Source: the human T2T-CHM13v2.0 reference genome, Homo sapiens. From it: 64,000 nt of DNA. Within the stretch, counting starts at the first letter, position 1, and every line of letters starts with the position of its first letter. This document shows positions 42,153 through 57,771 of the stretch, piece by piece. The DNA is taken from assembly GCF_009914755.1 (NCBI RefSeq), contig NC_060928.1; one strand, written 5' to 3'. Below the pieces are notes generated by a model. It did no database searches and was not told the origin of the DNA. It was given only the letters and a program-made list of their open reading frames with translations. Position numbers and translations under genes: made by a program.

Positions 42153-42624
42153 TTATGAAGTTAGGAAATAGCCAAGGTAATTATCATTACCTATGAAATG
42201 CAAGTGAGAATCAGTCACAAAACACAATGAACAAGTACCAAACAAATGAATTACTTAGCACAGGTCCTACAAGGAACATGGAAGAAGAAAGAGGGGCTCA
42301 AGGTTTGGGTAAGAGGTAGTGAAGGAAAGCTTCTGAAAGGAAAATAAATTGCAAAATGTAGGCTTTTGAAAGAAACAGTATTTCTGTGTAAATGAAAGGA
42401 GGGACGCAGAACCCTCCAGGCTTAGGGACTTAGGAAAGAACAGACCCAGAGAAGGAATCGAATTTTACTTGACTGGGGCAGTAAGGCTCTGAGTGAAAAA
42501 GGCCCAGGGACAGTTGCTTACAAATCTTGAATGAGGGACTGAGATTTGGGGTGCCTATCCTGGAAAGAGCTGAGTGACTATAGAGGGCTCAAGAATTTTA
42601 CAAGTGGAATTCTACCTCGGGTAC

Positions 42625-42938
<314 letters not shown>

Positions 42939-45900
42939 TCGGGCACTTTTTAATAGCTGGCTGACCACTTCTTCTCTCTGCTCTTCCTTTTTAAACAAAC
43001 GCTCAACATGTAGGTAGGGGACTCCAGTACAAAGTAGTTTTGTAGAGCCAAGAATCAGAAATAAAGGTGAACTGTGGTCTTTGACCTTCTTGTCTTTGTG
43101 GTTATACTCACATTTAGAAGCGTGCATTTCCGAACATCTACATTTAGGAGTGCTGTAGATACCATAAGGAGTGGAAAATTGTGTTAATAATCAACACCAA
43201 GATTCGGATTGAAGTGGAGCTAATCATCTCTAATGAGCTCAGGCCAGCGTGCCGCTTCCTCTCTGGCCAGTCAGCAGCCCTGGGGAAAGGAGCCTGCCAG
43301 GGCTGGGGTTTGCCCAGTGGGGTCGGGGAAACCCCTTAATGAGGGCGTTCAGAATCTCACGGGAACAGCAGTCTAAGAGGGAAGGAAGGGTCCAGCTTAG
43401 CTGGGAGGGGGCTGATGAAATAGAGATCTTCAGCAGAGCTCTAGTGATTAAAAACCTCAAGAAATTGTTTCACAGGAGGAATTAAGGGTTCAGTTGTTTT
43501 CGTGAAGTTACTAAACGTGGTCACAGTGTAAGTGGGCATGGGGGTGCTACTTCTAACTTCAGTTAAAACCCTTTCCTGTTTGCATTTATAGTTTATATTT
43601 GAGTGCAGCAGAGGGTTTCAGAGTTAAAATTACAAATGAGGTAGCTCTTTTTAATGGTTAACATCTAGTCAGTTGATGTCAATGACATCAATGATAATTA
43701 TTGGATTTAGACAGCACATTAGTTTTATTATGTGATGGATTTTCAGTTAAAATAATTTGTCATTTTATTATCTTCTTCTTGTTCCTTTGCCTATTGCCTT
43801 TTCAATGTAGAATTTGTTTGGGGGGACATAAGGGCAGACTTTTGTCTCTGTTGGTTGTCTGTATAGATTGAGCTGATCCAAAAAGCTAAATCATAGATGT
43901 TCTTCCACCTCTCTTACTTTTTTTTACAATGCTCCTAAATATATTTACAAAGGAAATGAGATGTTCTCATAGAGGATGTGCATTCTTCAGTCAAGGAATA
44001 TGAGTCTAATTTTTTGAAGCCTATTCAAGGGTGGGTAGGGTTGAGAACCCAAAATAAGAATTTTTAATTCTCAAGTGTCTGAGATTAACTTTGCAAGTTT
44101 TAAGGCACAGCGTCTTGTCTATTTGGCCACCTTAGGATGATTCTTATCATTTGGGAGCCTGACAAACACCCACTCTGCTCTGGGAAGGAAAGCTTGGTAT
44201 GCTTTTAGAAAATTGATTGATTAGTTCACCAAATTATTTGAGTTTGCTGACACTCTACTAGGCTGTGGGAATTCATTCAGCAAATATATATTAGGTGATT
44301 AGTTAAGGAGACAAAAGGTAAACATCACAGACTGAGCATCTAATGGGAGAGGAGTCATTAAGAGAAATATCCAAAATAATTCATTGTAATAATTGATGAG
44401 TGCAAGTTTATATATACATATGTATATATAAATTATGCATTAAAATATATATACAGTGCATATATATATGTGTAAAAGTATAATTCTATGGAAGTTTATG
44501 AATATAGTTCTTGTGCTCATAGAGCTTACAGTCAGTCTAGTAGGAGGGACAAATAATCCAGGAATTATACTACTGATTCATAAGCACTCTGCTAAAGAAG
44601 AACTAGATAAGCATAGTTAGCAGCAGCAGTGATCTTTTCAGTGCAGAACTCCCAATTCCTTACAAAATAGATGAGAGGTATATTTAGGTTGAGTGTAACT
44701 CTTGACTTGTGAACTTTTCATCTTTACAATATCCATGGTTGGGAAAGGGTTGTAAGAAAATTCACAGTATGATTAATCAGATTTCTTATATATAGTCTGT
44801 GAGTTGGCTACCAAGTACAGCTGTGTTAATCACAAGTCATTTTTATGTGTTCATTAATAGATAAAACAAGTATCTAAGGACTTTAATCTGCCAATACGTT
44901 CTACATTGAGGTCATGAGCTATATCTAAATGCAACTGCATTTATTTTTTAAATTCTATGATTGAGATTTTTCACAACTTCATCCTGGTTATTTCCCCAAA
45001 TAGCCACATTTAGAAGTGTCTTAATATACTGTGTTGAAGTATTTGTTGAGTTTCTTGGAATAAATCTGTAAAGCATGAACAGTTCTTCATTATGTAGTAT
45101 TAAGCAGCCAAAATCATACTTTATTCTGTAATTTTGGTTTTTGATCCATAATGGCGAAACTGCAAAAAGACTCTCAAAGTTTTTCAGCCATTTAAGTTCT
45201 AAATAGCAGAATACTGCTATTATCCTTTGTAATCATATTCATACAGTTTAATATGACAAGGTAAACATCAAAATGCCTTTGTTCTTCCACTGACTTGACT
45301 ACCTGTTTTATATTCTCTTGTGTCCAAATAGATGTCACCACCAATCACTAAATAATAGTTGTTTTTGTTTTTATCTAGATCTGTCCCAAGCCTTCTGCTC
45401 TTCCTGTTTGAGAGAGCTGACTGTCCTACTGTTGGCTTGAAAATTAGCTAACAGCACAAGATAATTTTTTTACTATGCTAATTTCAGACTAGATGTGAGA
45501 AGAAATAGACCATTTCTATAGACTGGTTATCACAGTCTAAGAAAATAACTGTCCCCAGTCCCTGTGAGAATAACTAATTTTCCCCTGAAAACAAAAGGAA
45601 AAGGGAAAAATCTGACCTGTGTTTTGATTCCAGGAACCTCTCAAAATATCGTTACCATGTTATTTCCGCTGCCCCAGGTGACCACTGCTATTATTGAATA
45701 CTGAAAGTGCTGGCAGGCTATATCTGTTTTTAAGTCCTAGCTCATTAAACTGTGTGTGGTTCCTATGAATGCTTTTCTTTAGTAGATTTGAGGGTAGAAA
45801 CTAATTTTGTTTTTCTTGGAAATGTACAGATTTATTTTTGTTTCTGCAACACAAGGTGGAAGCTGTTAGATCTGCTAAACAAGTATTGGGAAGCAGCTCA

Positions 45901-46129
45901 CTAACTTCATATAAAGGTCTCTAATCTAATTAGATGCAGGATTAGAAAGTTGCCTCTGAGTTGCTTTTCTCAAAATGCCCAGATCATAGTGGCTTAATAA
46001 AAAAAAGTACAATTCTCTGTTTGATATTCTCCCCTTGAGTCAAGTAGATATAAACTAACATGTAAGAATATACATACACTTCCTTTCCTGTAAAGCAATC
46101 TTTCTCAATTAGGGACTTTTTAAAATTTC

Positions 46130-46868
46130 TTTTTATTTACTTTTTTATTGAGGTATAACTTACTACTGTGAAGGGCACAGATCTTAAGTATACAGTTCAA
46201 TGTAGTTTTATGTATTGATCTATATCTACATGTAGATACAGATGTCTGTGTAACTGCCCCTCAGATTAAGAATGGTACTCTTCCCCTCCCCTAGAAAGTT
46301 TTCTCATGCCTCTTTCCAATAAAGCCTCCACCCAAATTAACTTTTTTAAAAATTGCTTTTATTACTGTGGATTAGTTTGGCCTATTCTTGAACTTAGGAA
46401 CCATTGAAACCATTATTTTTTCCAGTATTAAGCCTGTGAGATTCATCCATGTTGTAGCATGTAACAAGAGTTCTTCATTCCTTGTAGCATTTCATTGTGT
46501 GAATATATCACAAATTGTGGATCTATTCTAGTGTTGATTGATGTTTGGGTTGTTTTCAATTTTTAGTTAACACAAAGCTGTAGTGAACATTTCTTTATAT
46601 GTCTTTTGATGAACATAAACACTTAGTTCTTTTGTGTATACACCCATGAGTATAATAACTGTGTTACAGTACAGACGTATATTTAGCTTTAATAGGTTTA
46701 ACAGCTTTAGTTTTCCAAAGTTAGTGTACCAGTTGCCTACCTACCAGCAGCGTGTGAGAGTTTACTTTACATTCTCATCAATGTTTGATGTTGTCAGTCT
46801 TTAATTTTAGCTATTCTATTGGGTGTTAGTGGTATCTTGTGGTGTTAATTTGCATTTTCCTGAGAACC
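46130..46868 (-). mobile_element. Old L1M fragment
   Basis: ttattgaggtataactt.., gtgagattcatccatgttgtagcatg and gtggtatcttgtggtgttaatttgcattt motifs. Confidence 0.78.
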
Positions 46869-46907
46869 AATTCAACCAGAGAGTTTTTAGGTTTTTTTTC
46901 TTTTTCT

Positions 46908-46944
<37 letters not shown>

Positions 46945-48646
46945 GCATATTTCCAAGCCACTGCTCCTGAGATCTTGATTTATTGAGTCTCCTGCGGTGG
47001 GGCCCTGTCACCTAGATTTCTAAAATTCCCCACAAGTGATTCTTAGGCCTTCAAACCTCTGGATAAGAATTATGGCATTTGTCAGCATTGCCTAAAGGTT
47101 TAATTTAAAGTCTCCAAGAATATTTCACAATCTACTAAAGAGGGAGTCATGACAAATAAAAAGTTTTTCTACTTGAAACAGATTAAACAGATCATGCTAT
47201 GTTTAAGGGTCTTCAGTAGTTGAGTGAATAAATTGAAGAAACTGCAATGCAGGCTGCTTCACAGAAAATTGCAACTACTGCTATGTCTTATTTGTATCCA
47301 CTTGTTAGATTTGCCTTTTTGAAATGTTCTTCCATAAAAAACGGTGTATTTAGAGTAAGAAAATGGTATGTTAGTATTAATGATAATGCATACTCTTTGT
47401 AGACCCTTATTTGCTAAGTTAGACAGTTCTATTCAAAATGCTTCTCTTTACAGAAAGAAAAATTATTAAGCACACCAGATAAATCATTAATCAATAGAAG
47501 CAGAGTAACCCTGACCTGTTTACATTTAATTGTGAACATAAAGGTAAACTTTTACACTAGAAACCAAAAAAATTATTCTATCAGTAGATATAGCCCATCT
47601 TCAGAGAAAATAAATGTATTTGGTCTCCTGAAAAGAACATGGGGATCACCACAGTTTTATTATTATATGCTCAGATACAGTAATTTAGTGGTTACAAACT
47701 CAAAGAGCCTATCACATCAAGTTTGAAACGTTCTACCTTACCAATAAGAAAGAGTAGAATTGTTTCCTAGGGCTTCAACTCTTCTACCATTTGGGGTTTC
47801 TTTAAGTAATTATTTTGAATGTTTAGAGGCATTGTCTTGGCACCCCAACTTTTGTGAGGGATACTAACACAAGGGTATTATGGTTTCAAATAGGATAAAC
47901 TGTGCATTAGGCTAGGGGTCATGTGGGCCAGTTTATTATTTGTGGATTTCATCACATGATAATCTACTCTTCACTGGAAGCTTGTTCACTGAAAGGCTTT
48001 CCCTAGCAGTACTTAATAGCTTCCTAAGTAAATTTCAATTAGGAGTTTGCTCCAGCAGCTTATTAGCCTTTAATGGATGTTAATTATACTCTTCATGCCT
48101 TCTGATTTAAGAAATGGGAAATAATTTTACACACATAAGCAAACCCTAAACTAATGTTTAGTTCTTAGAAGCTTGATACCAGCATTACTTAGAAAGAGCA
48201 GTAAGTCAGAAACTCAAGGCAGAAAGCAAAATGGTCTATTCTATTACTGGTACAGTAGTATAGAATAGAGGCAAATCACAAGTCTTTATAAAGTAGAACA
48301 GAAGTTTATTTTTTCAGACCAGTTGCTTAGCTTTGGTCAGAAATGCAATGTTCGAGAATATTTACACACAGTGCAATGCTTGTATTAAAATATGCAGAGC
48401 TGAGTACATAGTCAAATTAACATGAGTAAAATAATCCCAAAGACTACAACTTTGAAGATAGTGCATTGTCTGAGCCAAAGTAGTGAAGTAGTTCCCTCTT
48501 CCCTTTTAAAGTCCTTTGTATGTTAATGTGGTTTGGAGTGGTTGGGGTTTCTTTAATGGCTGTTTAAAGGTCTTTTCATGATCTTGCTAGCAAACATAAT
48601 GAAAGTTTTTCTGTAGTTATTGCCTCTTAGAAGTGTGTAAGTCTTC

Positions 48647-49020
48647 AGCTGGGCACGGTGGCTCACGCCAGTAATCCCAGCACTTTGGGAGGCTGAGGCA
48701 TGTGGATGATGAGGTCAGGAGATCGAGACCATCCTGGCTAACACAGTGAAACCCCATCTCTACTAAAAATACAAAAAAATTAGCCAGGCGTTGGTGGTAG
48801 GTGCCTGTCATCCTGGCTAACACAGTGAAACCCCATCTCTACTAAAAATACAAAAAAATTAGCCAGGCGTGGTGGCAGGTGCCTGTAGTCCCAGCTACTC
48901 GGGAGGCTGAGGCAGGAGAATGGCGTGAACCCGGGAGGCGGAGCTTGCAATGAGCCAGATCGCGCCACTGCACTCCAGCCTGGGCAACAAAGCGAGACTC
49001 CATCTCAAAAAAAAAAAAAA
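48647..49020 (+). mobile_element. AluY-like with internal ~79-bp tandem duplication
   Basis: Segment catcctggctaacac...ggtgcctgt is present at 48730-48808 and 48809-48886. Confidence 0.94.
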
Positions 49021-49023
49021 GTG

Positions 49024-49048
49024 TATATATATATATATATATATATAT
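49024..49048. repeat. (TA)n microsatellite
   Basis: Perfect TA run just after the Alu tail. Confidence 0.9.
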
Positions 49049-49888
49049 GTCTTCACGTGCTATGAAAAGGATATTTTTTTTTTAAAAAAAAGGAAACTTT
49101 GAATCTCTGTCCTCTTTTCAGAAAATTGAGAGGATCTTGCAGGTATAAAGAGGGTAAGACACTTCTGTCATTTACAGGTGGGAGAAGTGGAAGGTTAAAA
49201 ATGAGATGGTCCTATTGTGTTAATAAAACAAAGTCAGACAAACGTAATTGCCTGGCTAGGTGATTTTCTTTTCTACTCAGTGCATTTAGTGTATAGCCAT
49301 GAAGTTTAAAAAAAGTGTTAAAAGTGTATCTGTAAAAACAACCACCTGAAAAAGTTATTTTAGTAGTTGCAGTGAAAAGCTAGAATTCATACTGTTTCAT
49401 ATAGGGAAGTATTTCCAGTGAGTAGTGTTTTTTGGTCAGAACTAAAAATTGAGCTGGTTTATTCCATTTTACCATGCCTGTACTGTAGAGGAAAGGGGAA
49501 GTATATGGAATACACTTGTGAATACAGTGTGTAGGATACATTAACAGTTTTCTGAGTGGGCTGCTCTTTTTTCCTCAATACTGTATATATTTTTCTTAAG
49601 CTCTTCTTTAAAAGATAAATATTTTTCATACTTCTCTTAAATCCTCAAGGATTAACTCTGAGTCACCATTTGTGGTATTTTAAATCCTTTTAAATAAATC
49701 TCTGTATTTGCAACTGAATCAAAACAGTAAAACATTTCACAGGGTAGGATCTGATGACCATTTTATAATCAACATTTTTAGATACCACAAGAGGTACTTA
49801 TGAGCATCCACTGAAATTATGGCATTATGTCATATAAATATCCAAAAATTCATTTTTTTATTCTTATGTTTATATATAAGAAAGAAAA

Positions 49889-51230
<1,342 letters not shown>

Positions 51231-51387
51231 ATTAACTCCAGGTATAAGGTGTTAGAGTTTGTTAGATGAGCTATGAAGACTTGACATTACATGGAGTATA
51301 GTAAAGATAAAAAGTTAGAGGTTGGTTCACCTTCTATTTACTCAGGCCAGATTCTCTAACAGAATATTTTTGAACTTGATTCATCTA

Positions 51388-51784
<397 letters not shown>

Positions 51785-52161
51785 CAGAGCGCTCAGTGAG
51801 TGTCTGCCCTGTGAATGAAACATTTTTTCAGCATCTGCAATGTGTAATGCACAATGCATAGGAGTTCTGATCCTTTCTTGTTTGTTATTGGGAACCACAA
51901 TTAGAGATAAACTGTCATATTTAGCCATATTAATACATTATTATTCAGGCTTCATTATTAGGATATGACTTCTTAGGCCCAGAAGGTTGTAAAATGAGCT
52001 AAATAAACATGCTTGTGGTACATTTATGAATATTATAGTTAAATACATAAAGGCATTATCAAAAGCATGTGGATTTATTCTTATAATTTATTATCTAGAG
52101 AAAATAGAGCAGATATTTCACCTCTCTATGGTAAATTAACAAGCCAAATGAAATGCATTAC

Positions 52162-52407
52162 TGATGCAGAACTTTGCTCTGTAGTTCAGCTAAACTGGGC
52201 TCTTGTCACAAGACCAGGAAGGATTAGGAACACAGACACATTGAAGGGTGAGGGGAACAGAATTTATTGGGCCAAAGAGGAAAAGAAGAAAAAAGTACTC
52301 TCAGGAAAGTGAGAGGGGGTCCTCCTAATAGGCTCCCCACCTCACAGACTGAATTCCAGGCCATCACCCAGGATCTGAAAAGGCCAGGCTCCTCCCTATA
52401 TCTATCA
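52162..52407 (-). mobile_element. 3' LTR (MER61-like), internally deleted
   Basis: TG...CA termini; minus-strand AATAAA at ~52263; homologous to 57567-57771. Confidence 0.8.
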
Positions 52408-53983
52408 CTCCCCACTCTAAAGAAGTGCATCTAACTGCCTTTATAATAAGGATAAGGATGAAGACCAATCTTAACTTTTTCTTGCTGACAAGGGTCCCTG
52501 TTTTGGGAAAACAGCAGTCAGATCCCCCTCAGAGGCTTATCTAAGGGTTCCTGGCAAAAGGGGCCATCATTTGAGGCTCCGGTTGCATGACTGTTTGGAG
52601 TTTGATGGCCTGAAGGCGAGAATAGACAAACCGGGTTATTAAAAACATGTATGAAAACAGAACGGGGTTGCGGGTAAATACAGCTAAAAAATCCCAAGGT
52701 CTTTTATCGGTTTGCACAGGGAGAGGGAGGCCAAAGCCTGACTGGTAAAAAAAAAAAACAACAACAACAACAAAACCTTTTACCCTTTTTCCGGCATGTC
52801 AGGCTTCTGTGTTCCCTTCCCCCAAGCACAATCCTAAGTCAACCAGTTTAAGGTTTGGGAAATTAACTTTTCCCAGTTTGGAGGCTACATCAGAGGGGCG
52901 TGTCCCATAGTACAGAGACAAAATTACCTATCAGCAAAGGGAGGACAGAGGAGGAAAAAGAAGATTTTTTTTCAAAGGAGTCCTACGGATTCAGAATGCA
53001 TTTGAAAGGGGTACAGACTAAAGGTGAATGGCTACTCATCTAGAAAGAGGGGAGCAAAGCATCCCAGGTTCCCTTCTCTTCCTAGTGAATACCCAGAGTA
53101 TGTGAGGGAGAGAAAGTGAAGCATCTCTTTCTTTCTTCCATCATTATATCCCCAATTCCCAGCAACCTCTACAGGGTTCCACCCATGGGTATCAAAGTGG
53201 CCTTCACCTATGTTAATAGGGGGGCCTATGGGGGTGGGAATATGTGCTCTTACCCACATATGCCCTATCTCCCCTGCTGTCAGTAGCCTTTGAATTCCCT
53301 AGACTGCATTTATGCCATGGATATTGGTATAACCTTTATCCGTGAAAGGAGAAGCCTGGCTTAATCGGTAGGGATAAGTCACACTCACCTGAGCTGTGCC
53401 TTTTAACTTCCATTATTGTCTGCCTCTGGACCTGTCAGATCTAGTTTTATTTCCTAGGGCTTTTACCCAAAGCTTAGAATTGAGTTTGAGACAAAAATGT
53501 GTCTTGGGGGGTTGTATGGACTCTATATCATAAGCTGAATGCTAAGGTGAAGCTGTGGAATTGAGTCCTCCTCCAACAAGGGAGAGAAAAGGATGTCTTG
53601 TGACACACCCAGATAACTGGTGGCTATAGTTATGCTTGCTAAGATTTGGGTGCATGGGACCTGGCTTTGGTTAGCTCCCTTGGTCTTACTTTTCCAAAAA
53701 GGAAACCTCTGGGTGATGGGCATCCTGTTTATTCCCATCACTTGACAAGAATTGCAGGATATTTGCTTAGAACTAGAATATTGATCCAGATTTATCCATC
53801 CCCTTAGCTTCTTCTGAGCTGCAGCCAGAGATTGCTGGTTGGTTCACAGGAATAAGCAGGGTAAGTTTAAAATGTAGGCAAGAACTTAAAAACAACTAAT
53901 GGGTCTAGAATATAATGACAAATGTATGAGAAGTTTTGAAACATTTCTCTCTCTCTCCAGTCCTCATTTTTGTTAAAAACAAA

Positions 53984-54229
53984 TCACTCATAAGTAGGAA
54001 TTGAACAATGAGAACACTTGAACACAGGAAAGGAGACATCACTCACCAGGGCCTGTTGTGGGGTGGGGGGAGGGGGGAGGGATAGCATTAGGAGATATAC
54101 CTAATGTAAATGATGAGTTAATGGTGCAGCACACCAACATGGCACATGTATACATATGTAGTAAACCTGCACGTTGTGCACATGTACCCTAGAACTTAAA
54201 GTATAATAAATAAAAATAAATAAAAAAAA
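53984..54229 (+). mobile_element. 5'-truncated L1PA 3' end inserted in the ERV
   Basis: L1 3' UTR (..ggggtggggggaggggggagggatagcattaggagatatacctaatg..catgtaccctagaacttaaagtataataaa) plus A tail; TSD-like aaaaacaaatca / aaaaaaaatca. Confidence 0.93.
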
Positions 54230-54308
54230 TCATGATAGGATGGAGTTGTTTGCAAAATAGACTTTAGTCTTATACTTGGCCCATTATTTGCATAAAGTGC
54301 AGCAAGAA

Positions 54309-54614
54309 TTTTTATTTATTTATTTATTTTTGAGATGGAGTCTTACTCTATTGCCCAGGTGAGAGTGCAGTGGCACAATCTCGGCTCACTACAACCTCCG
54401 CCTCCTGGATTCAAGTGATTCTCCCACCTCAGCCTCCTGAACAGCTGGTACTACAGGCACGTGCCACCACACCTGGCTAATTTTTGTATTTTTAGTAGAG
54501 ATGGGGTTTCAACCATGTTGGCCAGGTTGGTCTTGAACTCCTGACCACAAGTGATCTGCCCTCCTCAGCCTCCCAAAGTGCTGGGATTACAGGTGTGAGC
54601 CACTGTGCCCAGCC
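54309..54614 (-). mobile_element. AluS inserted in the ERV
   Basis: Full-length Alu reverse complement with (TTTA)n tail. Confidence 0.93.
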
Positions 54615-57566
54615 TGAATAATTAATTTAACATAGGCCTTTTAGATCGACTTTGTTCCACAAGGAGTCTCAGATAGGACTTTCTAAAGCCAAGTCCATCC
54701 ATGAGTTTGTACCCTCAAATACTTGTGAGTTGGGTAAACGCCTCTCTTCCTGAGATCCCAAGAACATGTGGGTCCTGGGCCTGTTGGAAAGTGGCATTCT
54801 CTACTCACCACAGGTTAGGAACCCTGTACGGGGACTGTGTAGATGAGCTATGAGGCCAATTTTCCCAAGGGGCTGAATAAAGATTCAGCTCTGCAAGTAG
54901 AGCTTGACTCCTTAAAGGGAAGCATACCTTTCTAGTCAAAGCCTTGGTGAAACAACCAGTTTCTCCAATTGCATCCTGTTGCAAAAGAAAATGGATTCTT
55001 ACTGCATTGATGCAAACAACCATATTGCTATAAGTTAAGAATACTCACAACTAGTTTCCAAATTCTGGAGAAGAGAGGCAGAGAGACAACTATGCTCCAA
55101 ATTTTGTTCACAGGATTATACCTTACTCAATTATTAAAGGCCATGAATAGCTCAAAATAAGTTTCCTTGGACTCTGATAAACAAAGATCAGCAGTGTTCC
55201 AAGCAAAAGTCAAAAAGGTTACTTCAGTTTTCTGTGAGTTCAGTCCATTTAGTTAACTCGTTTTGCTTGATGTTCGTGAACATTTCAGCCCTCCATGAAT
55301 CCTGTACATTTTTCCTTTATTCCAATGTCACAATCTCCCAAGTTATCAGAAACCTACATTTGAAAGCACCTGTCAAAGTTCTGTAGCTGATTATAAACAT
55401 CTTTTGAAGAGGATCAAAACAAGACAATTGTCAGTGAGTAATGAAATGTCTACAGTAGTTACAGTCAGAAACACAATTGAAAAAGAAATTTGGTTATCTC
55501 TGTGGTTTACAATAACATAACAACCTTAATTGTGATTGATAGCATATACTCAGACATTAGAATTTTAGAAATCCCATACAATTTTGGAACATATATTAAT
55601 ATTATTCCCTAAGATATAACCTGAAGAAGATTAAACATCATTTTGGCAATCCCATGTACCTAAACATGTCAAATAGTCCTGTTTATCTGTCTTCTGGGTG
55701 CTCCAGGAGCCCTCTGTAGCATCCAGAAAGCCAGGTGTCAGCAAAGACAATTTTGAAACTGAAGTTTGATTTTGGGAAGCCTGTTAATTATGTTAGAGGG
55801 TTAAAGCACTTGATATTATGAAATAGAATTTCAGATTACCATAAGTTATTTATTTTGCCAAAATGATGACTCAAATTCTTGAAAAAGCAGAAACCTTTTA
55901 TAACCCCTTAAAACTTTTGCCATAGAGATTAGTGCCTTAAGAGTACCTTATTGTGCTTTTATTTCAGTGCTCAATTTACAGAAAAACCATATTATATGCT
56001 TTTGAATTTAGTTAATATGTTCACACTTGGAATTTCTTTTGCAAGATTAATTTTTACAATCCTTTCACAACTTGTTTGAACTTCTAGCTTTATCTTATCT
56101 AATTCAAAACAATCCTTTAACCCCAGGCAAAAATTTACATTTTGACATCTGCATTTTACCAATAATCTTTAGGCTTTTTCTATGTCTCAAAGATTAAAGT
56201 CACGTGAACTAAAAGGTACCACACAGCTTTTATCTACCCTTTCAATATTTGATCCAAGCACCTATCCTTCTTTAATTAATTAGAGCTCTTTTTATAGACA
56301 TCACCCAGACAACACATATATAACTACACAGACAGGCAGAAGAAAATCCAGTAACCACAAGATTTTTCATTTGCCAACCTCCGGGTTGAGCCCATAAAGA
56401 GACAGGATTAGGAAAACATGAAGCTTCTAAGGCCTAATAAACAGTTATAACTGGGAGGCAAAAACAGATTTTGAGAGGGATCTATTCACTTTTAATTTCT
56501 GGGGTTTCATGAGGAAAACAGAGGTCTCTCCCCTCTCATGCAAGAATTAAGGGTGGCAAGGCAAAATGGAGAAAAATAATTCAGTTGACTAGAAAAAGCC
56601 CTTTTCCAGCAAAACAAGACCCAGGAAGAGAAAAACATAAAGGCCTTTTAAATATACCTATAATTTGGATATCCACTTTTAATTAAGCTGAGTGCTCTTT
56701 AAGAAAATTCTTTTAAATTCTTTGTTATCCGACTTTAGCTGCGCGAAGTGGTCAGTGTTTCTGGCTTTCAAACTTTACTAAAGGCTCAGAGAAAGGAAAA
56801 CCCAAGGCAGTTGGTGGGGAGGAAGAGAATAAACAAATAGCAAAAGTCACATAGATATCAAACCAGAAAGGACTCTGCCTGAGCTAGGATTGAGCCTGGG
56901 CCACCATTGTAAAATGGCGGAGGCTAAACAAAGCATTGCCACATGGTTACAGGTCACACTTCCAAGGACGTAAAACAAGATGGAGGCCTGCAGCAAAGTT
57001 TGCTACTGACCATACAGAAAGACATGCAAAGCACACCAGATTGGCTAAAGCTTAAGCCCAACCTCACAAATCCTTTTTCATAACTAAAACTTTACAGAGA
57101 AAGAAGAAGCAGTTTTCCTTATCATTCTTGGTCTAGCAAAACTCTGAAAAAAGAAAAAAAAAAGGCCTCGCTTTAAAGCTAACTCCTGACCTGGTGGAGA
57201 ATAGGAAAAGACAGCTTAAATGCAAGGCTGTGTTAACTGCTGACAGCGTGGAGAAAAGAAAAAGATGCCTGGGGAAGAACCTGTCATATGCAAATAGGTT
57301 TCTTCTACCGGGAGAGAGACATGGTGGGGAATGCTGGCCAGCCCACTGCGCAGGGCCTTTTGGCCTTAGCCACTGCTGTCTAACTCGAAAAAAGAAGGAA
57401 AAGGCCAACATTCCTGATCCCTGGGAGTGACGGGAGTTGTGGGGAGGCATAATTCCCTCTAACCTCAGAAGAAATCTGAAGACAAAAAGGCTTAGAAATG
57501 AAAGGTAAAAAGATTTTTTGGTTTGCATCTTACCCTTTCTCATGCCCCACATTCGGGCACCAAAAA

Positions 57567-57771
57567 TGATGCAGAATTTTGTTCCTTAGTTCAGCTAAAA
57601 CTGGGTTTTGTCACGTGACCAGGAAGGATTAGGAACACATTGAAGGACACTTTGAGGGAAACAGAATTTATTGGGCAAAAAGGGAAAAGAAGAAAAATAA
57701 ACTTCCAGCAAAGCGAGATGGGGTCTTTCTAACAGATTGAATACAAGGCCACCACGTGGGAACTGAAGAGA
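57567..57771 (-). mobile_element. 5' LTR (MER61-like), truncated
   Basis: Homologous to the left LTR until ~57771; PBS-like motif at ~57543-57562. Confidence 0.78.

Larger units (their letters stand above)
52162..57771 (-). mobile_element. Degenerate ERV1 (MER4-group, MER61-like) provirus with two LTRs
   Basis: Direct repeats starting tgatgcagaa(c/t)tttg..tagttcagctaaa at 52162 and 57567. Minus-strand PBS-like TGGTGCCCGAATGTGGGGC lies next to the right LTR, and purine tract AGAGTGGGGAG next to the left LTR. No intact internal ORFs. Confidence 0.85.

Noticed and set aside
49480-49860. AT-rich 3'-UTR-like stretch with AATAAA as a retrocopy or terminal exon
   Set aside because: I could not identify a parent, poly(A) tail, TSD or acceptor. 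A BLAT search would be needed.
57133-57552. 139-aa ORF as retroviral gag
   Set aside because: It lies in the ERV leader just after the PBS and is Phe/Leu-rich from T runs, with no Gag motifs.
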